Origin: Trichinella spiralis
Taxonomy: Eukaryota
NCBI RefSeq assembly: GCF_000181795.1
Contig: NW_003526943.1
Coordinates: 5,220,588 to 5,284,587, forward strand
DNA length: 64,000 bases
Direction of reading: 5' to 3'
Below are positions 36,201-49,141 of this stretch, one piece after another (position 1 is the stretch's first letter; each line of letters starts with the position of its first letter). The notes beneath the pieces are model-generated. The model had not been told where the DNA came from. It did not search any database and worked only from the letters and a program-made list of their open reading frames with translations. A program made the translations under genes and the position numbers.

Positions 36201-39200
36201 ATGCTTTTTTTTGGGGGGGGGAGCTTTGTTTTCTTCTTTATTTCTCAAAACTCTTGCCTTTACCACTGCTAAAGCAGAGAATAAAAGAGATAGCGTTTCA
36301 ACGGGCAAGTTTGAAAAATTGTTCGACCAATCGGAATGATTGTGGCTGAGGCGACACCAATGCATCTATTTCAAGAAGGCAATTTTCAACAGTATGCCGT
36401 GGACAATAGCGCCACAGCACGATTTTGCTTTGCATTTGCGTTTGACGTTTGAAACGTTGGCAATGTAAAACTGATTCATCAATGTAGCAGAAATGATGGA
36501 CACTGGCACTGATGGAAACTGGCTTGCAACGATGTTGTGGAATAGTGTCCGCATCAGTGTATTGTTGGCGAATCATCTGCACCGGATGATTGGAACGCTT
36601 TCGGCGTGAATATGCAAGCTGGCGGCACATGTTCATTTTCACCAAAATGCTGTTCAGAAGCGGCGATCCGTACAAGCTGCAGATAATTGAACCTTGGCCG
36701 AGTGGAGAAGGCAAAAAAGAAAAAAAAAGAAATCAGAAACCACGATCACCTGATCAGATTAGCGCCCTCCTGGGGAGTTCAGAAGCGTAAGCAAGTAAAA
36801 TCAACACGATCGGCATCTGGGCGTCATTTTTGTTTTTTGCTTTTTGTGCTTTTACACAAACCACAACCAGGCGGTCAAGCTCCATTTTGCCGTACTGCAC
36901 TGATGGAACCATTCACCGAAATGGAAATCGACCTCTGTTCGCCAGGTCGGCACCGGACCTGCAGGTCGACAATATCTTTCCGCAACAGCGGTCCCATCTA
37001 AAAATACCGTGACCGACATGTCTTGCTTTTCTCCTATCAAGCATCTTTAATTCATTTACAAAAACTTGATTTTTTCAAAAAAGCAATTAATTTTTTTGTT
37101 TGAACTACTGAACATTTTTCTTTCAGGAGTATATATATATATGTGTGTGTAAAATTGAAAATTTTTAATTTCTTAAAATTGCTAGATTATTTCTACAATA
37201 TTTGCAGTTAACATGAGATTTGAATAAATATTTAAATAAACGTGAAGATTTATGAACAAATGCATATGAATTTGTGAAAAACTTCAATCAAATGCTACAA
37301 TCAACTATTTTAATAAATGCAGTTATTTGAACTAAATTCTCACAGTTTTTTCTTATTTTGAAAAATGAAGGACAAGATGTGAAACAAATTGAATTTCGAA
37401 CATTATATTGAAAATTTTATTTTTTGCAATTAGAAAAACAACAGGCTCATTTTTGGTTCTTCTTTTTCAGTATTTTTTGCTGTACTTTGCTGAAAATAAA
37501 AATATAAATTCAAGAATAAACAATGACAATTATAAAATGCATTTGAAGAGACTATCAAAATTTAGCAAATAATTTTGATCTGAGATTATGACTTCAAAAA
37601 TTTATCCTCATTTTTCATTGCAATTCCTATAGAGTTAAGTGATTCAAGGTAGCCAAATAATGTGAGAATTCAATTTTTATATAATTTCATTTTAATTTTC
37701 ATTATTCTTTCTTATTTACTTTAGTACAATACAAAAACGCATGTTTGGCAAAAACTTACGCAGTTTTTACTATTTAACTTGCAAATAAATGAATATTTTA
37801 ATACAAGTAGAAACGACCTTACATCTCACTTTCAGAACTTAACCTAGAATGTCATTTTATTTTTTAATTTGTAAATTTTACCTTAATAAACATGATTTTT
37901 TTATTCATATAAAAGCCTAAATTCAAGTTTGTGTAACAATTTAAGGTTTATTTTACCACTTGCTATATTAAATGTGGAGAAAACATCTATGTACACTCCC
38001 ACAAATATGTATATATACATAATAAAATTTTACTGATGATTTGGTAACAAAACAAGCAAATTGAAGGAAAGCAATCATTTTTTGAGAGCTATAATTTCCA
38101 ATAATTAAATCTTGATAATCATAAAAAAGTAAAATATTATAATGCAAAATATCTGGAACAAATTATTAAAACAGTTAGTATTATCAGTAACAATGAAAGC
38201 AGCGGCATCACTTTTTATGGAATGCTTTATTAAATGTAATTCATATGTAATTTGCTAAAAAAAGAAATTTAAAATCCATGTTGACTTGATCATTTCTGGA
38301 CAATAATTTTAAATTTTATTAAAATAAATTCCTTATATGCCATGGGGATAAAAACAAAAGAAGAGCAGTTATGGACTACATGCAATTAGTTGAGTTTACG
38401 AATTATAATAGTTATAAATAAATAAAAATATATAAACATATAAGCCCTTCATTGTAAAAAAAATTCAAACTTTTGCTTGCTTGCTATTTTCTAAATAATT
38501 CTCTTCAGTGTTGACAGGGATTTTCAAAAGTGCATTGAATGAAGTGTCAAATTTTGCGCAAAACGTAAGAATTTGATTCAATAAAGACAATGCTACCAAC
38601 AGCTGATGTAACTTTTGCAATTGACAAACGATACAACTTATTTTTGATGACATTTTGCGCATCAGTTTTACTAAATAATAACAAGGATGCGGTTGAACAG
38701 GGAAATATTCTTACTCCAATTTAAATGAGATATTGATGAAAAAGTAATAAAATAAATTTTTAAAAATATCACATTATTTGTATTCTTCTATTAAATCAAA
38801 TTATTGTTTATGAAATAATCTAAAAACAGTAATATACCATTCATTAGATGGATTTAAGAGCTTGACAATAATTATAGGCAGAATTAATTCACTGAAATAA
38901 ATTTTTCTGTACATGCTTCTTACGTTTTAAGCAATAATAGCTGATATAAAAAATTACTGACATTTTTTATATTAACACTTGGAAACGTTGCAAAACAAAA
39001 CATTATTTCTGGGAAAATATTTTGCATTTCTTTCTCAACACTGACTAATTTATCCATCAATCATCATTATGATAGTTTTCAAGCAGACACTGATTAAGTT
39101 AACTGACTACGAAAGAACAATATTTTTAATGTTTCACTCTAATTCTAATAATGACTACAATTTGACGCTTTAAATCTCTTCTAATAAATATGACATTTAC

Positions 39201-40293
39201 TTCCGTTAATGATCTCATAAAAATCAAATTAAAGCTATAATTTAACATCTCTTTCTATCTTTAAATATTAGTCATTCAAATTAAATAGAAATAGCATCTC
39301 AACCAAGTGAACATGTTAATACAAGTAGTAGTCTGTTATAAGCAGATGCTTTTAATAATGTTCAGTTCATATTAGCACAAATTCATTCTTATTTAAACTG
39401 CCCTTGGTTTATAAAAATTTACGCAAATGAGTTTATTCATTTTCATTCTAAAAAATTAATCATATGGACAACAGTATTTCTTTCAGAGAAGTACCAATAA
39501 ATTATTTTACGTTTTTAATTGAATAATACTTTATAATTTAAAATTAAACCTTATACATAGCATCATTGTATTCACATACTGCGTTTTTATATATAGACCA
39601 TATTTCGGGCAATTAGATAAAACATTAAACCTTGATGAAGAAATGTAAATTAAAATGATATGTTTAAAAGTACTCACCATTGTCAAAGGTATTCGACTGT
39701 TTTAAATAAGCATATGATATAAATATTAATAGAATTTATAGAACTTTCATTTTCCTCTGTTAATTACAGTTAATAGCTGGTAAGCAATCAGTTTAACATT
39801 TTAAATGAAGAAGCATAATTTGCACATCTCATATCTATTTATATGACAAAAATGGTGTACAGAAAAAGTTTAAGCTTTTAAATAAATCATACTAAAAATA
39901 TGATGCATAATTGATTCAAAGTTTTTATCAACAATTCAAATGTATTAAGCCATAATTATTGCAAAATGTTTTGCGTCAATTAGATGCAATAAAAAAGAAA
40001 AATCCCAAAAATTGTTTTTGGGCAGGTCGAACTGATGACCCGGGTCCATTTTGCAATTAGTGACCACTGTTGGCTGAACTAACCTGACCTATTGATGGAT
40101 GTTGATAATAAAGTTGCAAACAAAATATAGCAACCAATTTAACATAAATCATCATTTATTATAAAGCAACAATATTTGATTTGAGTGAAGGACAACTGAA
40201 AAAGGTGAAAGTGGTGCTTTACCATTACAACTATTCATTCAACATGACCAGTCAGGCCACACTTATGATTTACCATGAGAAATCAAAGCCCAT
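33233..40293 (-). CDS. Secreted cystine-knot protein (Spaetzle/neurotrophin/PTTH-trunk-like), ~190 aa
   Basis: Proposed exons 40293-40274, 39696-39678, 34176-33817 and 33406-33233, all with GT-AG and matching phases. They give the signal-like MGFDFSCRIPLTMIIMMFSAATVMWQTVHA, a basic pro-region, and the knot C-ASE...FNPPFYHEIRC...KCGFGLFHCVQTY...CWQP...SGCECMWP. The last two exons are well supported; the first two are inferred. Confidence 0.75.
40023..40095. promoter_or_regulatory. Cluster of nuclear-receptor half-sites including a DR4 (TGAACT aacc TGACCT)
   Basis: AGGTCG, TGACCC-GGGTCC, TGACCA and TGAACT(n4)TGACCT (40075-40090) within ~70 bp of a GC-richer patch. Confidence 0.45.
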
Positions 40294-40378
40294 GCTGTTT
40301 CCAGAGACTGCTCAGACCAATTCTTTTGCTGAATTATTAAACTGCAACTGCTTCTTTTAAAGGACATGAGAAAGCACT

Positions 40379-40396
40379 GCACACACACACACACAC
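40379..40396 (+). repeat. (CA)n microsatellite
   Basis: gcacacacacacacacac, just upstream of the proposed start codon of the cystine-knot gene. Confidence 0.9.
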
Positions 40397-43300
40397 TGGT
40401 GTAAGAACACTTGAAGGTGCACGTTTTTGCTACTGCTCTTTTCAAACATTTGCTTGTGAAAAGAAATTCAAAATTTTTCCCTACAAACAATTTTACATTT
40501 TAATAGATTTATTTTTAAAAGTTCACTTTTATCATTCACTTTCAATATGCATTCTTGTATTGTATTAAATTGCTTCATTTATTTACTACTGCGTTGTTCG
40601 ATATGATTTTACATTCAATAACAAGTTTTCACTGAAGTAGTTGTTCAAAATTTAACATTTTCAGTGAAAAAATTTCTGAAGCGTCAGTGTAATAATAAAA
40701 ATTCATTTCAAAATATTAAATTAAAAAATTGAAATTCTATAACAAGTTAACGTTACATTATACATTATTTTACGAATTATATTAAATATTGCATTGATAC
40801 TAAGCTTTTCTGAACAGTATATGGTAAATTTTAAAAATCAAAATGCGTTAAACTTTATCAGCGCTTAAAAAACCATTTTAAATAAATATTTCACACATTT
40901 TAAATAAACAGCTATTCTACAATCAATAAGCATTATAAATCGACCCTTTGCAGCAAATTCGTTATTGAAATCAATCTTGTACTTGAAAATCGAATTCTCG
41001 ATAAAAAATTTGAATCCCTTAAAAAAATTCCATAACTACATTGAATATTTTGAAATCATACAATACTAATTTATAATCTTGATTAACAATGCCTATTTGT
41101 TTTACATATTTTCAAATTTTATTTCAATAATAGGCAGCAAAACCGCATAAATTTTTGAAATGCAACTTGTTTTGCGTAATCATTTATTTAGTTAAACATA
41201 GTAACAATAATAAGGATTCAAGCTAAGAATAGGTAAAAAATACAAAATTTCGATTAACTATTGGAAGAGAATATATTATTTTGTATTTCTTTTATTAAAA
41301 ACCTATTCTGATTTCAAAGCTCGCAGAGATTTACATGCTAGTTCTACTGTAGTTACACATTGTAAAGAATGAAAATCCTATTGAAAATATTTAATCCTTT
41401 TAGTACATTATTTTTAGTGAATATTGCTATAGTATAGGCTGTTAAAAACTTCTTTACTGAAATGAAATATAGCTAAATTGAAAATTAGACGACAGCCATT
41501 AATTGTATGTTTTTAGGACTTTCTTATGTATGTCAGACATACAGATTTTTTTGGAAATTAAATTGTTATGGATAATGAGAACAATAACGTTGTCATTGAA
41601 AGTTTTTATGACTTGTTTGATCACATCTTGCGTACACAACTTGAACATCTCTGAAAAGAAGGAAAAACGTGAAATTTTCTTTCATAACGACAAGCCAATA
41701 AATTTGGACAACTATAACCATTAGCATCATTAAACTACTTCATTTATTAGAAAATCAGATAGAAATTTTTCAACTTTAAAATTTTTTTAATTGTAAAAAA
41801 ATCCTTTTACGCATAATAATATAAAATGTGGAAATTTGACATCATTAAAACAATAACAGCAGAATTTGTGAATTAATTATCAGATAGTATATTAATTTTT
41901 CAAACTTAAATTCTGAAATGAAAATTTTTAAAATTATTCTTATTTACTTTTAATAATTTGTGCATTGTATACTTAACTATTGTGCAAATTTCTCAAATTT
42001 TACTTCAAATGCATTGTGCAAAATTTTTGCCATTATATAGTATAGCAGTATTATATGATGCTAATTTACCTTAATCATTTTATAAACAAGAATGTGTATA
42101 ATCATAAATTGTATATAAATGTATATGCATATGCACATGTATGCACAATTGCATTTTTGTATTTTTTGATTAGAAAACGTATGAATGCATAATATTTTTA
42201 GAATTAAATTTATAATAAAATGTTGCTAAACTGAAAAAAAAAGACATATTAAATAAACGTTTTAATAGTTCTTATAAAACTTAGTTGCAATTAAATAAGC
42301 TACAGTTACAAATCAAAAATCATTCTCTAAAACTGTATGCAACTGGCAATTGTGTACTGTTTAATCTACATGATAATCAATAATTATAGAATATGAAGTT
42401 GAAAGTATGTTTATTTGAATATTTCATTTAAACAATCCCTTAAATGTAAACTTTCTAAAGTTTTGAAGTTAATGAAATGTTAAATGCAACTGTTCAGTGC
42501 TCAGTTCATTTCAAGTTAACAATTTCAAGAAATAATTCAAGCCAGCTTTCAAAAAATCACAACTCTTCACAATCAACTGACACATTATTTGCAGCGTTTA
42601 TTCTCTTGGAATTTGAACAATTTCATTACATCAAATGTTACTTAACTTACTGAGACATGTGCATAATCGTACATTCAGAATGCTAACAGAAAAGTGAGAT
42701 ATTTTTAGAAAATTAAAATTTTAATATTTTCATAATTTTTAGGATATAATATGAAAAATGAAAAGTTAAATGTAAGATTTCTTAATAAATGAAGTATAAA
42801 AAAAGAAAAAAAATATGCATTTATTATTTGTGCAGATGAAATTTTAATAATTCAATGAGAATGATGAACAGCAGACGCGTTGTGGCCAGAAGCGATGCTC
42901 TAATTGTCTAGCCTTCACGGAACGTCTTCAAGCGTCTCGTCTTTGCTTTCATATTGATTGTTGTTTGAAAAAACAAATATAACGTAAATATTTACAAGCA
43001 GGCAAATAAATTACAAAATAATCAATTTTAAAGATTAATTACAATAATTTCAAATGAAAAAATGAAATATTATTCTCAGTATATAAGATGATCCAATGGA
43101 ACAGTTCATTTTTCATTCGACAAAATGGCAACATGCTGAGCATAGTTAGGCAGGTAAGTAGACAATATTTTTGCACACAATCAAAACGTCAGCGTCATTT
43201 CATATGGCTGCTATTCAATTTGCAATGTGTAAAGCGGTTGTTGAAGAAGCTCAGTTAACTTAAAGCCAGAATGTTGAAGTTGACGACGCTATGCAAGCCT

Positions 43301-43519
43301 CTTTTCCTTGTTCAATTAATTACCACCCCCTCTGTTTCGCGCCCGCCGTTTCCAACCTCGTTTCTTGCCATCTCTGGCCCATTTACCGAAATATACTTCA
43401 ACTAACCGAGTTTTATGTTTCAGCTTCAACACTGCTGGCAACGGAACTGCCAAACTCTTCTTCTGTTCACGATAAAGATAAAACATTTCCCTTGTAAAAA
43501 ATCCCTCAATTCTCAACAG

Positions 43520-46500
43520 ATGTCAAACGCACAAGTTTTTCTACTTTACTTTCTTCATCTGACCGCTTGTTTATGCTTTTCACAAGCTCAACGACCGTCA
43601 CCATCGACCATCGGCAATAATGAAGATGTATACAAAGTATTTCGCTTCTATACTAATACAACCGATGATTTGCACTTTGTAATGATGCTTCAAGATGCAG
43701 CAGCTAAGTTGAACGTAAGTTTCATTCACCAATTCACATACTTGTCGTAATGCATATCTCTTTATGTCGATATGAATTTATATTATCATTGCAAGCAAAC
43801 AGAAATAGATATATCACTTGTCTGATTATTAACGAAAATTTTTATCAGCAACTGATCAATCAGAAACAAGTGTTCCACTGACGCAACAACGCAGTTATCA
43901 TTTCCGATTCGTTTTAACCAGTGAAGTATTGATTAAACCACTAATTTAGTAAAACAGTGATTATTATTTTACATTTGAAAAAAAATTCGCAAAAATTTGA
44001 AAATATTTTTTCCCCTATTCAATCATTTTATTTTACTCTTCAACCAGAGGTGGCCTTAGCTTTGCCAAAAGACTTTCAATGAAACTTTAGCTGCTGGTCT
44101 TGGTTTAATAAGCATAAAAAAACTGCATTTATTTTTGTAACAATTTCCATATAACATGCAAAATTATGAAGTGTAAAAGTTAATTTCAACGTCAGCGTTC
44201 AAAGTTTCATACAAATGATTAATGTCAGAAAATACTTCCAGCAGAGGCAAAATCAAGTTCAAATTTTAATTACATCAAAATTCACTTCACACCATGAAGT
44301 CTGAAAACGAATAAGATTTTTCATGAGCTATTTATTTAATTTATTTATCAACTTCATACATTTATTATTTTTAAATTAATTATCAATTTTAATAAACTGA
44401 ACAACTTATTAAAATTATAATAAATGATGAATTTTCATGCGTAAAAAGCGAATATTTGCATGCAATAATGAAAATAATTTTATTTCTCTTCTAGTTCAAA
44501 CGGTTCTATTTTCAACTAGAAACGTGATGTTTGTTAAGTGAAATTCTTAACCACATCAAAAAACTACTATGCATGAAGAAAATTGAAAGTTCTAAAAAAA
44601 CATAATTAATCTATGGCATCCATTTTTAAAAGACAGGCTTTTTCTTTTCTTTTTTTCAACCGTAACTTCAAATGGCATTCCAATGAAATCATCATCATTA
44701 AAGTGTTAAATGTTTGAAAATATTTTTATTTATGCCAAAAATAATGAACCAAAAAAACTTAAGAAAAATTAAATGCTCAAAATTGCAAATAAATTTGCAA
44801 AGAATTACAACTAAAAGATTACGTTTTCCACATAAAGATGCTCCAGTGAAAGCGCTAAGCAATAGGACTTTACTTAAATGATTATTAATGACTTTAATGC
44901 TCTTTATTGCTCTTTTTCAATTTACTGCTATTAAAGCTGTTACACAAAAATGAGCAAAACAAAATATGTAGATGCACTGTGCATAATTTGTAAATTTACA
45001 TTTGCATAGCTATCAAAAGTAAATAAAGCGGTCTTTCACAATGTAAATTCATTTCATAACTGAAGTTACAAATAACTTTATAATTGAAACTTTATGCCAG
45101 AAAATTATTTAAAATTGTTTTATGTTCATTCTTAAGTTCAAATAAGCAAAACGACCATGTTATGGAAATAATTTAGTTTCGCATATGTTGCAGTACAAAA
45201 TCACTTTAAACTTTCAGTTTTTTAAATTAAATTCTAAAATAAAAAATTATATAAATGCAAATCATTTAGATAATTTATATATAATGTAATTTACATACAG
45301 ATTAATAGATGAACGTTTCAAATTGCTGTAATGAAAAAGAAAAAACGTCGATATATGTTCAAATAAAAAATTTCATACGGTAGCCTTCCCTTTATGTGAT
45401 AGAAGTTTACAGCATCCTGCTGTAATTTCACAATGCTCAGACATTTGTTGAGATAATTAAATTTTATAATAAATAAATATCTGCATGCAAAAAACAATAA
45501 AATGATTATTTATTATGCAACACTGTCCAGAAAAATAAACATGCAAACTATAAAATTGATGAGCAAAGGAATTTTAACAAAAAACACTATCGCTTTACAT
45601 ATCAATCACACCCTGTTTTAATTTTTAACGCATGAGAAATCAATTTTGTCAGCAGACAAATCTTCCAATAAAACTAGTTTGCTTAAAGTTCATTAAATTC
45701 TGCAGTAAACAACTGTTTAACTATTTAAAAAAATGTGAAATCATCATATTATTTTATAAAACTTTGGGACATGTGCACTGCATTTATATAAAATAAAATT
45801 CTAATAAGCAGAAAGCTTTCAAATGTCATCCTTTTATGAATTTGCAAAACTTTTCAAAGGATAGATAAAAAATTAATAAAATGCTCATCTATTCATCTTT
45901 TTAACATCTAATTTTCAGTATTAGAAATTCAAAATTTTTAAAATAAAAATTTATCTTGAATTAAACAATATTTTTTAATGAAATACACAATTTCACATTT
46001 GATTTTGTAAATCAGAGTACAAGAAAAATAAAAGACATAAAAACAGCTCAAAAAAGTTCATTTTAAAAATTAATAATCATTAAATCTAAAATCAAAATTA
46101 AAAAAAATTTACTTCTCTGTAAAGTAGTTGTTTATCTTCAGTTAAATTTCTGGACTGAAACCGTTCGTACTAATTCACCTGTCGATGTGATGATTCCAGA
46201 AAAATCAGTACCCTACATTGAAAAACTGTGCCAAATTAATAATATAATGTATGAAATTACAATTGAAAATGTTCATAAGTAAGTTCAATTTGCTCACACA
46301 TAGTATAACTATTAATTAATCATATTTTAAGACTGATACAGGAAAAAAAAGCTATGGCAGAAAAGAGAAAACAATTCTCAAGAACGTTTAAAGACTTTGT
46401 AGGTTCTAAAAGACCACTTTATGATCACAGCGATTATCAAAGTTACAACAAAGTAAAAGATATTTCATAAAATTATAATTGAAATGTAGTTAAAAAATTT

Positions 46501-47962
46501 TTCTTTTTCAGATGTACCGCTTTATGGAAGCTTTAGAAAATGCATATCCAGAAAATGCAAAAGTTCTAACACTTGGTAAGACCAGAAATGGAAAACCAAT
46601 ATATATGATTAAAGTAATTTTTATAATTTTCATAAAAACATTAAAATATTATTATCTTTTTAACTTAATTTTATCAGATTGCAGAAAATTTGAATGCATC
46701 TGGAAAAAAGGGTTTCTGGATAAATGCTGGAATACATGCTAGAGAATGGGCCTCTTCCAGTACAGCAATGTATATCATTGATCAGGCAAGATCTTATAAG
46801 TGTTACTTTTTTAAATAACAGAATAGAAAACTGCTTTTTTCTAGTTAGCTAGTCAATGGCTATGCTCAAAAGGGAAATATTTCAAAAAGATTTCAGGGTC
46901 TAATTTGGTATATTGTACCATTACTCAATGTTGATGGTTATGAATTTACCAGAAGAAACACCCATCCTGATGTATCATACCTAAATATATTGACCATGAA
47001 TACTGTTTGTTAAATTTATTTATTCTTAGGTGCGACTCTGGAGAAAAAACAGATCTCCTGCTGAATGTCTCAACAATGGTCAATGTTGTAGGGGCGTAAG
47101 TTGATAATAAGCTTCATACGTTTGAAATTCATGAAATCTACATTTCAGGTTGATCTCAACCGCAACTTTAATTTCAATTTTGGAGGTTAAAAAACGCAAA
47201 TTAATTTCAAACCATGTTTTTAAGCTGTCTACTATTTTAAGGCGAAGGTTCAAGCACAGATCCTTGTGATGAAACTTTCCAAGGTCCATTTGCTTTCAGT
47301 GAACCAGAATCTAGAGCTGTTCGAGACTTTGTTTTGGCTCATAAAAATCACCTTGGAGCGTTTATCGACCTGCATACATATTCTCAGTTATGGATTCATC
47401 CATATGGTCATCGCCCAGACACTTATCCTGCAGATGTTGATGATCTGGTATTAAATAAATTTTTATTATAAACTTCAAAATTTATGCAAAAGTATTTGCA
47501 GAAAATGACAGGCATACAAGCTATTAATGAACTGTATAGTTTATATGGAACACGTTACAAAGTCGGAAGCGGTGCTGATACATTATGTATGTCTTGGAAA
47601 CAATACTTTTTGCATTTAATGTGCATTTTTTTGTTCACAGATCCTGCTAGTGGTGGAATGGCAGACTGGGTAAAATCAGCTACAAAAATTAAATACACAT
47701 ATTTAATAGAACTTCGGCCAGATGAGTGGGTTTATGACGGGTTTATTTTGGATCAAGCTCAAATTCTTCCGACTGCTCGAGAAACTTGGCAAGGGATAAA
47801 AGTAGTTGCTGATGCTGTTCTTCGCGAAACTCATAAAGCTTCCATAAGAAGTGGTTGGTTTTAACTACTTAAATTCTTATTTTCAACATTTTGAAAAGAT
47901 AAAATACATTAGCAGAAATTTTGCTTTTTCTTTGTTTTGCTTGTTTAGCCTTTGGCGATTAA
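43520..47962 (+). CDS. Secreted zinc carboxypeptidase A/B-type (M14A) with activation propeptide
   Basis: Signal/propeptide exon 43520-43714, a 2.4-kb intron, then exons from 46142 (LNFWTE...PVDVMI). Catalytic motifs GIHAREW, LNVDGY, RLWRKNRS, GVDLNRNF, FSEPES, DLHTYSQ, YPASGG and IELRP. The stop is either 47864 or, after a last intron, 47962. Confidence 0.93.
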
Positions 47963-48570
47963 TGACAAAGAGATGAAATATTTTCATCTAGTTAGTAGCT
48001 TACAAGGTTTATAAAGTAAATTCGATTTTATCATTAAAATTTTATATTTAATTATGATTGAAAGTGTTAATGTACTAATACTGTAATGTAAACAATAAGT
48101 TAACTGAATTCTGAATAAGGAATATATCAATCTAATACAAAAGTTCAATATATTTTTTCATCCATGAATTAATCACTGCTCAAATTTTAAGTTTACGGAA
48201 AGATTAAAATTTTAATTAGCAGTTTATACAGTAATTTATAATAAAATTTCAAATAATTGTGCTTACAGCACCACATTTTGAATTTCACTAAAAAGTTTTC
48301 TTTTCTAAAATTTATGCAAGTTTAAAAATTATCTAATAAATGCACTACAGCTTTTATTTGTTAAAAATACAAAGTGCACTGCATTTTAAACATTTCACTG
48401 TCTAAATATGAAATGCGATATATTTTCTTTAAGTATATATTGAGTGATAATTCTGCCATAATAAAAATATTAAATTTAGTGTTAACATGCATATACTAAA
48501 AAGAAGATAACAGAAAAGCATATGATCATTTTACATATACTGCAATGCATTCAATTCTGAATCAAGTATA

Positions 48571-48811
48571 CAGGTTTTCCTCAACTTATGAAATACTCCA
48601 CTTATGACCACTTAGACTTACAAGACTCTCCTTGTATGAAATCAATAGAAAAATAAAACAAAGTCTTATTATACAACGTAGCACTTATGTATGCTTATGT
48701 GTGAAAAAACAAGCTATTAAGACTCATATAATACAAGAAGCTTCTAACTTACCACGGATTTGATATATGACAGGGAAAGCGGAACAGAACCTATCATAAA
48801 TCAAGGACCCG
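48571..48811. mobile_element. Degenerate Tigger/pogo-like (Tc1-mariner superfamily) MITE
   Basis: TA on both flanks. Left end CAGGTTTTCCTCAACTTATGA; the reverse complement of the right end is CGGGTCCTTGATTTATGA. Internal repeated ACTTATGA/ACTTAC motifs; ~240 bp, non-coding. Confidence 0.6.
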
Positions 48812-49141
48812 TATTTCACCTATAAGTAATACCTGCATTTTAATGGAAATACTGTAACTATTATCATCTGCAGTGAAAAGATTTTTATAAATGATGTAAC
48901 TCAAATGAATAAATAATCAACTATTTATTTATTTATTTATATTTAAGTGTTTCAGTATTTGTTATATATTATTATACATTTAATATTTGCTAAATATTTT
49001 GTATCAAAATTGAAACTTGCATATGAAGAAGAGTACTGTGACTACACAATAGATATGGTAAAGGTGAGAGAAAGAAATAACTTGTTTTTAAAATATATTA
49101 CTATAATTAATTAAATGGTTTCCAGTAAGAAAATTAAATGC

